Source of the DNA: Hyaloraphidium curvatum SAG 235-1
Lineage: Eukaryota > Fungi > Monoblepharomycota
Length of the DNA: 64,000 bases
NCBI GenBank assembly: GCA_025558095.1
Contig: JAIVFI010000006.1
Location: 310,001-374,000 of the forward strand
Direction: 5' to 3'
Numbering within the stretch: the first letter of the stretch is position 1; the number at the start of each line of letters is the position of its first letter. A program made the translations under genes and the position numbers. Below, piece by piece: positions 34,979 through 45,359 of this stretch. The notes under the pieces were generated by a model. That model was not told where the DNA came from. It saw only the letters and a program-made list of their open reading frames with translations, and made no database searches.

Positions 34979-36801
34979 TCACTGTCCCTGCCCCGGCTGC
35001 GGGCCGCCAGCCTGCTGCTGGAACCAGCCAACGAGCGACATCTTCTTCTCCTTCATCTCGCGCATCTGCCGCTCCATCTCCTCGATCTGGGCCTTGCGCT
35101 GCTCCTCGGCGGATTTCCGGAACTGCTCCTGGTCCTTGAGGAACTGCGCGGCGGGACGTTTCGCGTCAGCTTCCTCCTGCCGGACGACCCCGAGCGCGGA
35201 AAAGCCCACCTGCTCCCGCATCTCCTTGGTCTGCGCGTCGATGATCTCGAACGGGTTCGGCGGCGCGTTCTGCACCACCGGCGCCGCCGCACCGCCCAGG
35301 AGCCGCCCCAGGAACCCGCCCCTCCTCGGCGCGCCCGCGGCGCCGCCGCCCTGCGCGCGCCGCTTCTCCTCCCAGTCGGCGCGGAGCTGCCGCTGCCAGT
35401 CGGCAAAGGTGCGGGCGATGTCCTTGCCCTGGTAGGATTTGAGAACGGGGCGGACGTCGTCGACGCCCGAGAGCGCGAGGGCTGGAAGGGCGCAAGCTCG
35501 GTCAGGGTTGATCGGGGAGATGGCGGCGGGAAGGTGACCCACTCTCGAGGAAGGGGATGATGTCGAGCAGCGTCGAATCGTTGGCATCGCCCGTCCAGGG
35601 GCTGAGCGTGATGAGGTTGTCGGGCTGCTCCGCCAGCTGCTCGGGGTTCACGTCGATCACGACCACCTTGGACAGGTCGCGGTTGAGGTGCTTGAGGTCC
35701 TTGACGTACTTGCCGTTCTCGTACCGCGTCGAGTCGCGGTAGAGGCGGTACATGATGTAGCCGTACGGGTCCAGCTTGTCGAGGACGGGCGCGGCGTTCT
35801 GCAGAAGGCGAGAGAAATGGTGAGATTGGGTTCATCCACAACCAGCGCCCAAACCCACGTGCGCCATGCCGCTGGTGAACACGACGATCTCGTACAGCTG
35901 CGACAGGTACGCGATGAAGTAGTCGATGCCGGGCCGCTTGGCCGCGCGCCAGCCGTATTCGCGCTTCCAGTCCATGTGCACGAGGGTGTCGTTGAGGTTG
36001 ATGACGAGCGTGTAGGGGCGGTTGTAGGGTTCCGGCAGCGGGTCGGGGAGGAGCTTCTCGGCCACGGGCTCGGAGTAGTATTTGTAGAAGGAGGAGATGT
36101 TGGTGCCCGCGCGGCGGAACCACCCGCCGGGACTCATCCAGTCGTCGCCGGCGCCCGGCCAGCCTGCGCGGCAAAAGAAGCAGTAGACATGGAGGAAGAA
36201 GGAGGCGACAGATCAAAAGAGGTAAAGGCAGAAACGGCGAGCAGGACCCACCCATGATCAGCACGGTTCCAACGCCGCCCATGAGCAAAATGCTGGCCCA
36301 CGCGGCCACGGGGTTGCCGACCGGCTCCTGCGGCGGCGGCGGCGGCGCATCCTCGCCCTGCTCGGCGCCCTCCTGGCCCGCAGCCTCTGGATCCTCCTTC
36401 TGGCCGCCAGCGGGCTCCTCCGGCGGCCTCTCGGAGGCCATCTTCTTTGCCAGCAAGTCCGCTGCCAGCCCGCCCGCGCCAGCCCTGCCCGCTGCACCCG
36501 CTGCCGATGGCCTGTCCGGCGGTGCGCCCGCGCCGGAGCTCTGAGCGCGGGAAGCCGGGAGGAACCGGAGCGCGGAGCCGCGGGCCGTGAGCGGCGATGC
36601 GCGGAGGGCGGCGTGCGCCGGCAGCGATAGTGCCCCGCGCGAATGCCGCGGCGCGGCGGTTGCCGTGTGCCGCGCGGCGGTGTTCAGTCCGCGGGCCGCG
36701 TGGCGCACAGCAACGGAGGGCGCGCCGGGCGCGGGCAGGGCTGCCGGCCGCGCGGCGCCCGCGAGGGCCACAAGGGAGCGGCTTGCAGCGGCGGCCGCCA
36801 T
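34979..36801 (-). CDS. TIM50: Mitochondrial import translocase subunit Tim50; about 4 introns
   Basis: Presequence and TM, then YYSEPVAEKLLPDP, PYTLVINLNDTLVH..WKREYGWRAAKRPGIDYF, YEIVVFT, YVKDLKHLNRDLSKVVVID, DDVRPVLKSY. Confidence 0.93.
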
Positions 36802-36898
36802 TCTAGGAGAGTCACGGGGGAGAGCGGATCGCGGTCGCTGACGACGCCTGGGGGAAGCAATTTGCGGACAGTAAACAGATCGACGCCAGTCCCCAAAC

Positions 36899-38275
36899 AT
36901 GCCGAAGCGGAAGCGGGGCGGCCAGGCCGCGGCCAAGAAGGCCGTGCACCCGCTGCTGGACACGTTCGCAGAGTCGGACCCCGAGGACGCCGGCTCGGGG
37001 GACGAAGAAGTCCGGCCGGGCCTGCGGAAACGGGTTGCGCCGGCAGCGGACTCGGACGCCGAGGACGAAGACAACTCGCCCTTCGAGGATGCCAATTCGG
37101 AGGAGGACGGACGGCTCGTTGGGGAGGAAGGCGCCGGGGAGGAGGTGGAAGAGCCCGACAGCGAGGAGGGCGAGCCCGACGGCAATGGTGCCGTCTCCGA
37201 CCGGTCCTCTGGCAGTGAAGGGGCCTCTGATTCCGGTTCGGACGAGGACGGAGGCGGCTCCGAGTCCTCCGACCCTGAGCCGGACGACGACGAGATCCCC
37301 GTGATCCCCAGCGGCCCCACGGTCGCCGACATCCTTGCCATGGTCAAGGCCGGCCGTGCCGCACAGGACGCCGACCAGAAGCGCGGCGCTTCCCCCGACG
37401 AGGACGCTTCCGAGGACGGCGCCTCCTCCCGCGCGGGCACCCCGGACCCGGACCCCGCCGCCGGGGGCGGCAAGAAGAAGAAGGGCCCCCTGGACGCCGC
37501 GGCCCTCGCGCGCTTCCAAAAGACGCACGACCGCACCGGCGTCGTGTACCTCTCCCGCATCCCGCCCTTCATGAAGCCGCAGAAGCTGCGGCACCTCCTG
37601 CAGCGCCACGGCGCCATCGGCCGCCTGTACGTGCAGCCGGAGCCTGCGCACGTGGCCCGGCGCAGGGCGGCGTCGGGCGGGAACAGGAAGGCCAATTTCA
37701 CCGAGGGCTGGGTCGAGTTCCTGGACAAGAAGGACGCGAAGCAGTGCGCCGAGGTGCTCAACAACGCGCCCGTTGGGGGAAAGAAGAGGAACTTCCACCA
37801 CGACGACATCTGGAACATCAAGTACCTGCCCGGTTTCAAGTGGTCGCACCTGGCCGAGCGGATTGCCTACGAGCGCGCGGCGAGGGAGCAGAAGGTCCGC
37901 ATCGAGACGCAGCAGGCGCGCAGGGAAAACAGGGCGTACCTGAGGAGTGTGGCGGACGCGAGGATGATCGAGGCGATCGAGTCGCGCAAGAGGAGGAAGG
38001 AGGCCGCGGGGCTGGTCAGCGGCGCCGCGGGGGCGACGGCGACCGCCGCGGACGGCGAGGCGCCCAAGCGGAAGCCCGAGGCCGACGACGGGGGGAAGGA
38101 CGACGGGCCGAGCTCGCTCGAGAAGCTGGCGGCGCAGTTCAAGCGCCGGTTCAAGCAGCGCAAGGTGATCGACGACGCCGTCGGGGGCGGGATCGGCGGC
38201 GTCAAGAAGGGGACGGAGCTGCCGCCCGAGCAGCTGGCCAAGCAGAAGAGGGTGCTCAGCAAGATCTTTGGCTGA
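36899..38275 (+). CDS. ESF2: Pre-rRNA processing factor Esf2/ABT1; intronless
   Basis: TGVVYLSRIPPFMKPQKLR, FTEGWVEF, GGKKRNFHHDDIWNIKYLPGFKWSHL. Confidence 0.95.
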   Translation: MPKRKRGGQAAAKKAVHPLLDTFAESDPEDAGSGDEEVRPGLRKRVAPAADSDAEDEDNSPFEDANSEEDGRLVGEEGAGEEVEEPDSEEGEPDGNGAVSDRSSGSEGASDSGSDEDGGGSESSDPEPDDDEIPVIPSGPTVADILAMVKAGRAAQDADQKRGASPDEDASEDGASSRAGTPDPDPAAGGGKKKKGPLDAAALARFQKTHDRTGVVYLSRIPPFMKPQKLRHLLQRHGAIGRLYVQPEPAHVARRRAASGGNRKANFTEGWVEFLDKKDAKQCAEVLNNAPVGGKKRNFHHDDIWNIKYLPGFKWSHLAERIAYERAAREQKVRIETQQARRENRAYLRSVADARMIEAIESRKRRKEAAGLVSGAAGATATAADGEAPKRKPEADDGGKDDGPSSLEKLAAQFKRRFKQRKVIDDAVGGGIGGVKKGTELPPEQLAKQKRVLSKIFG

Positions 38276-38371
38276 TCGTTCGAGATCTTCCGGGGTGTAT
38301 GTCTGGGATCATGATTCGAATGTGGATGGATCTGATGGAACGCCACCGACGCCCACGTAAACACCGTCAGA

Positions 38372-39667
38372 ATGTCTCTGATCTCCGCTGCCGATGAGCC
38401 TGGAGAGGCAGCTAGCGCAGCTGAAGCCGCTATCCCCGCTACTCCGACGGCCGTCCTGCGCGTCAGCATCCCCTGGGCGTGGTCGCAGACGGACGATAAC
38501 CTCTCCGTCCTTGTCCCCTGCCCTACGAACTTCAGCAAGAACGATGCCAAAGTCGATGTAACGGAGGACGCTCTGAGCGTGTCGTTTTCTGGAGAACCCG
38601 CCCCGCGTGTGCTGGGGAAACTCTGGGGCCGTGTGGACCGCTTCTCGGCGCTGTGGCAGGTCGAATCGGACCGTGGGCTCCGGCTCCTGACGCTTCACCT
38701 GGACAAAGAGCAGGCCGAGCGCTGGCCCCTTCTCATTGCTGGCCCGGTCGAGGAGGGCGCCATGGACGCGCATTCGTGCTTTGTCCTCGCCCAAGCTGCG
38801 AGGGAATCCGGGGACATGGAGAAGGCCGTTGCTCTCTTCCGGCAAGCTGCCGAGAGGAACCACGTCGAGGCCATGATGACGTTGGCCGCTTTCCTGCTCC
38901 TGGGTGACGAGGGACCGACGAAAACCGGCGTGGCCAAAGATCACGAAGCTGCGATCGAGCTCTACAAGCGGTGCGCCGCAGCGGGCTCGATCGAGGCCAT
39001 GTACGTGCTCGGAGGCCTACACCAGCAGGGCATCGAGGATAAGAACGGCAACGCGGGGGAACCGGACTATCCGATGGCACTCCATTGGTTCGACAAGGCC
39101 GTTGCGATGCCGGGAGCGAGGGAGCGTTCCAGGGAGCTGTACGTTTCCGCCGCCTTCCAGGCAGGGCTGCTTTGCTTCGAAGGCGGACATGGACTCGGCC
39201 CCGCTGACCCCGCCAAGGCACTTTCGTACTGGCGCTATGCGATTGAGGGCGGAAGCCCGCAGGCAATGTACAACGCGGCGGTCCTCTTCCTCAATGGCGC
39301 CGGAACGGATCGCGATCTCGGCCGGGCCGGACGGCTGTTTGCCGCAGCCAAGCTGCTCGATTCGAACCTCCTGCCGCCCGCCGATATCGCAAAGTACGAT
39401 CGGGATCAGATGGACAAGCTCGCGGAGCTCGATTCGCGCCTGAAAGCGCAGGGGGAATCCTTGCCCTTGTATGAACTGATCGCTCGTTACGAAGCAGAAG
39501 CATCTCTCCAGAAGCCCCGACCGCGGAAGAAGAAGGTCGCGAGCAAAACCAAGAAGGCAAAGGAGGACGGAGGTGTCAGCTACGTCAATATTGCGTTAGT
39601 TGCCGCGGCTCTGGTTGGTGCGGCCCTTCTAGTTCGCAGGTACTGGTGGTCAAGGGCGCCGGAATAA
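38372..39667 (+). CDS. CS (p23/NudC-like) domain + Sel1-like repeats + C-terminal TM tail anchor; intronless
   Basis: WAWSQTDDNLSVLV...LGKLWGRV...SALWQ...LHLDK...WP (CS). Sel1 units ALFRQAAERNHVEAM, YKRCAAAGSIEAMYVLG, AIEGGSPQAMYNAA. TM NIALVAAALVGAALLVRRYW. Confidence 0.82.
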   Translation: MSLISAADEPGEAASAAEAAIPATPTAVLRVSIPWAWSQTDDNLSVLVPCPTNFSKNDAKVDVTEDALSVSFSGEPAPRVLGKLWGRVDRFSALWQVESDRGLRLLTLHLDKEQAERWPLLIAGPVEEGAMDAHSCFVLAQAARESGDMEKAVALFRQAAERNHVEAMMTLAAFLLLGDEGPTKTGVAKDHEAAIELYKRCAAAGSIEAMYVLGGLHQQGIEDKNGNAGEPDYPMALHWFDKAVAMPGARERSRELYVSAAFQAGLLCFEGGHGLGPADPAKALSYWRYAIEGGSPQAMYNAAVLFLNGAGTDRDLGRAGRLFAAAKLLDSNLLPPADIAKYDRDQMDKLAELDSRLKAQGESLPLYELIARYEAEASLQKPRPRKKKVASKTKKAKEDGGVSYVNIALVAAALVGAALLVRRYWWSRAPE

Positions 39668-39748
39668 GAAATGGCGGTGGTTGAGGCTTTCCCCAGCGCT
39701 GCTGTCCCGTCCGCAAAACAACCAACACCCACCAAAATTCACGCAACA

Positions 39749-40174
39749 ATGAGCCACGTTGAGCACGACGCCAGCGTAAGTGCTCGAGTTCCATTGTGCG
39801 CGGCATGAAGCGGCGTTCACATGGCCCGCTCTTTCCGGCTCGCGGGGGAATTCTGGCTTCCCGCTTCGTTCCTCGGGCCCCCGATGCCCAGCTGGAGGAC
39901 GTCAAGAAGGCCGAGGAAAAGGAACGCCAAGAGCGCATCAAGGAGCTGGAGGCGAGCGGGGGCATGAAAGCCGCGACCAAACCGGCCGAGGCGTCGGGGG
40001 ACTCGAAGTGGGTTCTTCGACCTTCGGGGAGCCCAACACGGCTGACGGACAACAACGCGTCTGACGGGCCCTTGCGGACAATTCAAAAGGGAGATGAAGC
40101 GTGCCGACACTGCTCATCAGGTGGCCGGAATGGTCCACCAGGCCAAGGACGAGGGAAAGATCTCCGAGAAGTGA
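39749..40174 (+). CDS. Predicted 75-aa hydrophilic microprotein (exons 39749-39775, 39892-40007, 40090-40174)
   Basis: CAACAATG start context, donors GTAAGT and GTGGGT, CTGAC branch point in intron 2. Frame-consistent splicing gives MSHVEHDASLEDVKKAEEKERQERIKELEASGG...AKDEGKISEK*. Confidence 0.65.
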
Positions 40175-40356
40175 ACCCCCTCTCCCTCAACTGTTGATAA
40201 GTCTAGTCAATCGAGATTCTACAGAGCTCCAGAAGCATCTGTCGGGCGCCGCTTTGCCTCCCAGGCTGGCGGAGGGGAGGCGGCAACGTCCAAAGTGATG
40301 CCTGTCATCACTCGGCCTCATCCTTGACAACCCAACAAACGCGCCTGACGCGGACC

Positions 40357-42342
40357 ATGCGCGGTTTCAGGGCTATTCCCGCGCTCAATGGCGTGGCCAC
40401 TGCTATTTCCTCTCGCGCTTTGGCCTGCGATGTGGAGGCCGGGGCCGTGACGGCGCGATGGGGCCGGCGGCGACCGCGGCCACTTCTGTGGGCGCCAGCG
40501 ACGCCCAGCGGGGCCATCGCTCCGTCTCCGGTTCTCGGAATTGCGTCGGCATCTCCGGACAGGGGCCAGCTTCGTTGCTTTTCTTCCACCGCCGTCGCAC
40601 ATGGCACGTTTCCTTGGATTGCCGGCACGCCGACGCGCAACTGATCCGGATCCGCCATTGCCCGCCGACAGCCGGACCCGTCGTGAAAAAGAAGCCGACT
40701 GGGCCGAGGAAGAAAGTATCGGTGAAGGGCAAAGGGAAACCGGCGACCGACAAGGTTGGGCAAGACGGCAGGACGCCGCGGACAGAACTGAATGCCTGTT
40801 ATCCAGGGACCCCTCAACGTGATGCGGGACTTGACCGTGGATCCGAAGATGGTCGAGTCGATGAACGCTTTGTCTTCCTTACCGCCATGGGATGCCGTGA
40901 GTTTGTGCCTCGCAGGTTCCCGATGGGCGCCTCAGACGGGACCTCTCACAGATGGAACTTCGGCAAGAGAACGTTGGAAAGGTGTATCGAGTTTCGGACA
41001 CGACGCTGAAGGCCATAGGATTGCTTCCGAGGAGTCTGCAAAAGAACGCCATCGTGGGTGATTGTTCGTCCGACCACCTGGAGGTTGTTGACAGCCGTTA
41101 CTCTGCAGAGCCAAACTGCCGCAAAGACGCCGGCTTTCGTATTCCGCAAAGCCACGTATTCGTTGCTATCGGAAATCAACAAGCTTGGCTCCCGGCCACG
41201 CTCTGCAGACCACAAGCCCGCACTCGCGAGGTTCCCAGTGCTTGGTGGGTCGATGTGGGCTCTCCGAAGGGCGCCATACTCATGCTTTGGCGAGCAGTCG
41301 GCCCGTCTGGCGTTGGGAAGAGTGTACTTTTGTTGCAGGCTGTGGACGTTTTCTTGGCCAAGAACTGGATCGTTCTCTACTTCCAAAACAGTGGGTAGTT
41401 CCGCTGGCGATGCCATCCCTTTGGCGCCTAAGCTTCGGCCGTGCAGCATACGAATGGGTGGACGCGACGAGCCCGTTCGTCAAGTCTGGCGATCTCTATG
41501 ACCAGCCCGCGCTGGCAGTGCGGCTCCTGCAGCAGATCAAGAAGATGAACCAGCGCCAGCTCAGCAACGTGGTCATGTCCGGGACGCACACTTTGGGGAC
41601 TCAGACGCTGGCGGACATGGACCTCGCCAGTTTGGTGGACCTCGGCATCCGCGACAAGGCGCTGGCATCCGGCGTCTTTGCCGTTCTGCTGAAGGAGCTG
41701 GCCAATCCGGCGACGGAGTGGGTGGCTTCCGCTCCCAAGCCCCGCAATCCCCTGACTTCTTCACTGCACAGGCGAGGTCCCATGCTCGTCGCATTCGACG
41801 CGCTCAACTCGCTGTTCTGCGAGACCGAGTACCGCGACACGGAGAGCCGGCGTCTCCTCGGCTCCGAGCTCACCCTCGGCCGCGCGGTGCTGGACCTTTT
41901 CGCCGGCGGCGTCCCGAAAGCCGTCGTGCTCGGCGCCCTGGACGCGACCGAGGACGTCGTGCGGTCACCTTTCCTGGAGCAATCGTTGGGACTCAGGCCC
42001 GTCCCCATCCCAGAAGTCACCTCGCGGAGCGTGATCCTGCCGGAGGGCATGGCGCCGACGGCCACGAGCCCCCTGGCGTCGGTGGGGATCTACGCGGACT
42101 TCCTCAAATCGGGCAAGCTGGAGCCGTACACGGTCTACCCCTACGACGGACCCGAGGTCGAATCTGCGGTCTCCCTTTACGAGTCGACCAACGTGCTGAG
42201 GAATCCCAGCAACCTGCCCCGGGACGTTCTGGTGGGCAAGTTCCTGGCGGTCACGGGTGGGAACCCGCTCAAGGTCTTCCGCCTGGCTTCGCACGTGACC
42301 ACGCCCGGAGTGAACCCGCCTCGGAAACCGGTCATGAAATAG
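40357..42342 (+). CDS. DAP3: Mitochondrial ribosomal protein mS29 (DAP3/Rsm23); about 7 introns
   Basis: Presequence, P-loop VGPSGVGKSVLLLQA, WIVLY, YDQPALAVRLLQQI, PMLVAFDALNSLF..TEYRD, TGGNP. Confidence 0.85.
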
Positions 42343-42423
42343 GCTTGTATTAGGAGGCCATAGAATTATTACCAAGTCATCACTCCGGGTATTGAATCAT
42401 CGCAGTTTTGCAATCCCCCCATC

Positions 42424-44018
42424 TCAACGCCTGAGGCCACGGGCACGCTCGATCTCCTCGAGCTCCTTCGCCTCCTCCTGGATCGCTTGGCGGATGGCCT
42501 CGAGATCCTGCATGAGCTGCTGGCGGGTAACGCCGAGCTGGTGCGGAAAGGCGTCAGCGTTTCGTTCGCGCCGACGAGCCCGGCCCGATGCCCACCTGCT
42601 CCTCGCGGTCCTTGAGCTGCGTCTCCTTTTCCTTCACCTGGACGACGAACTTCGCCCTGATGTCCTCCTCCATCGCCTGCATCTCCTTCTTCAGCGCCTC
42701 CTGCGCGAGCGCCACGTTCTCGTCGTAGGTGTCGTCGCTGGGCAGCAGCGAGTCGCGCTTGTTGGCGCCGCGCATGGTGGTGGCGCGGTAGTTGGCGTAG
42801 TGGATGCTGTGCGTGGTCGCGATGAGGTCCATCATGTTGCGGCGGATGGTCATGTCCCGCAGGGCGCCGAAGTCGCAGTGCTCGGGGGCCTCGACTGGAA
42901 GGCGGCAGCGGGGTCAGGACCGTCGTACGCGCGCAGCGGCGATGTTGAACGTACCAAAGACGGCACCCCAGCGGTAGTTCCTGCCGCGGCCGCGCTGGCC
43001 CTTGTACTCGACGGTGTTGTCCGAACCAATGACGGAGAAGGGAATGTGCTGAACCAGGTCGGCGATGACCTCGGTGTCCTCGCAGTACGAGTTGGGGTAT
43101 ATCTTTATGTTGTTCGACTCGAGGTCGCTGAGCATCTGCAGAGATCCGGCCGTCAGCGCGGGCACCCCGTACAGGCCGACAAACCAACCTGGGCCTTGAA
43201 GGTAGCCATCTCCTTCTGGGTCAGCGTGTCCGCCTTGGCAATGACGGGGATAACGTTGGCAATCTCGCCCATACGCTTGAGGAACTCGACGTCGATGTCG
43301 CGGAGCCTGGTCCGGGTATGAGATGAGGAAAGCCCAACCCAGGCACAAGAACCCACCCCTTGCCGTTGGGCGAGACAAAGTAGAGGAGGCAGTGGATCCG
43401 GGTGTCCTCAATCTCGGGCCTCACGCTGGACTCGCCCTCCGAGGCGTAGTAGGCGGCGTACTGCTGGTTGATGTACGCGGCGATGGGGTCGAAGCTGGGC
43501 ACGGTCGGGGCACCGATCGGCGGTCAGCAAAGCAGTCCCAAGCAGTCCGAGTGCGCGGTCGGGTCTCACTTGGTCTCGCGGTTCAGGGCGTCGCCGAAGC
43601 CGGGAGTGTCGATGACGGTCAGCTGGAGCGCAACGTCCTTCCCGTTCTTGTCCTTCTCGTTCAGGAGGTACACGTTCGACTGGATGTGGACGGTGGGCTG
43701 GTCGGTCACGTTCTTGCGCTCCCAGTGCTCCTTCAGCGGCGCGTCGAACAGCGTGTTGATGAAGGTGGTCTTGCCGAGGCCCGACTCGCCGGCGACCATG
43801 AGGTTGAACACGTAGGGCTTCCGGCGCGAGCGAATGACGGTCTGGTTCGGCAGCGCATCGACGCCGAGCGGCTGCGAGAGCTTGGCCTCCTTCGCGCTGG
43901 AATGTAGGGGGTGAGGGTCCTCGCGGGGATGGGGTGTGTGCTGCACTCACGGCGGGTACCTCCACGGGCCGGGGTCCGGGAACTTGCCGCGGAACTGCAG
44001 GGCGTACTCGAGCGGCAT
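42424..44018 (-). CDS. Septin with C-terminal coiled coil (Cdc3/SEPT7- or Cdc12-like); multi-exon, start uncertain
   Basis: FNLMVAGESGLGKTTFINTLF, IDTPGFGD, DTRIHCLLYF, IPVIAKAD, GRNYRWG, HCDF. Confidence 0.93.
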
Positions 44019-44541
44019 GTTTGGCAGCTGCTGCGGCGGGCAATGCAGGTTGGCGCGGGTCGGTGCGTGCGGCGGGTGCCCGCCCAAACACGCCCGGGCC
44101 GGCCGGCGGGGCGCCCTCCGCGTGCTCCGCGCGGCGCATCCCGGCTGCGCGGCCCCGATCCTGCGCGGCGGCGGGCGTGGCGGGCCGGCGGCGGCGGCTC
44201 ACCTGTGTTTACCTACGCGACGGCGGGGCGGTGGGGGCGGCGCGCGGGCACGGGGCGCGGGCGGGGGAGTCGCGGGCAGTCGCCGGAACAAAGTCCGATG
44301 CGCTGTCGCGGGAACGCTAGGGCGGGCTCAGGGGGCGGCGCCGCGGTGCGGGATGTTTGGCCAAAGAGACGGGTGTTGGTCCTCGACGACGGCTCGCCCA
44401 GCACCCCAGCCCCTGTCGTGCAAACAGACGGCTCACACACGCAGATGGCATGATGCGGCCACGAACATGAGCTCATATGAGAGATGTAATAGCCTGCTCG
44501 CACTTCGCATTCCATCGCAAGTCCACCACCTGACCCCAGGT

Positions 44542-45254
44542 CTACTTGGCCTCGCCCGACGTCGCGAAGCTGCCGCTCCCCACGACCCGCTCCCTCCGGT
44601 CCTTGCTGACCCAGTACATGTTCGGCGGGATCCTCGATCCTTCCTCGCGAAACATCCTCTCGACCGTGTCCTCGCCGTACAGCGGGTCGTGCGGCTCGTC
44701 CTCCGCCAGGTGCTCCACCAGGTCCTCGACCGTGATCATGTTGGTCAGGTCCACGCTGTGGATCCTCCGTCCGTAGTGGTCCATGCTCTCGCTCACGATC
44801 TGCATCGCGGGTCAGCCCGATCGGACCCGCCGGCGGCGCCTGCTGGCGATCCCACCTTGAACTTGACCGAGAGGTCCAGGAACTCGAACTGCATCCAATC
44901 GTCCCCCATCTTCCCGTCCGGAAACGACACGTGCTTCGCGACGATGCCCCGTACGACCTCCTCGACTTCGGACCGCGGCTCTGCCCGCTTCGCCGCCATG
45001 TAGCGCTTCCTCCCGCGCCCGGGCTGCGCATCGTCCGCATCCTCGCCGTCGGACTCCACCGAAGCAGTCGAGTACGCTCTCCGGCGCCACAAGGTCCCGT
45101 TGCTCGAGCATGGCGCCGCTGCCCGGTCCCCGTGTGCGAAGGGAGCGGCGGACCGCGCACGGCACGCCGACGCGGCAGCCGCGTCGGCGGAGAAAGTCCG
45201 GCACGCGAGGCGTGCCAAGGGGCGCGCGAGCAAGTTGCTGACCCTGGAGGCCAT
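44542..45254 (-). CDS. Mitochondrial ribosomal protein mL50-like (1 intron)
   Basis: Presequence, then W...FLDLSVKFK|IV...YGRRI...LTNMITVEDLVEHL and IPPNM, a pattern typical of Ribosomal_L50. Confidence 0.7.
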
Positions 45255-45359
45255 CGCGGAGTCCTCTACGATCCGCGCCGCCGCTGTTCGCTGGCCAAGT
45301 GAACGCGTCGTCAGTTGAGTTGGTGATGGCCGCGACGCTACGACGAAAACAACGTCGCG

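Noticed and set aside
35960-36020. Active FCP/SCP phosphatase in TIM50
   Set aside because: DxDxT is replaced by NLNDT; a degenerate motif is normal for Tim50.
35053-37839. 928-aa minus-strand ORF
   Set aside because: A composite of ESF2 antisense, the true TIM50 exon 1 and off-frame TIM50 sequence; not a single gene.
44201-44215. Possible 10-nt microexon (AG|GTAAACACAG|GTGAGC) upstream of the septin
   Set aside because: Equally explained as the end of an ordinary 5'-UTR exon; no upstream ATG or frame could be supported.
44542-45254. Acyl carrier protein call
   Set aside because: No DSL phosphopantetheine serine motif; the pattern fits mL50.
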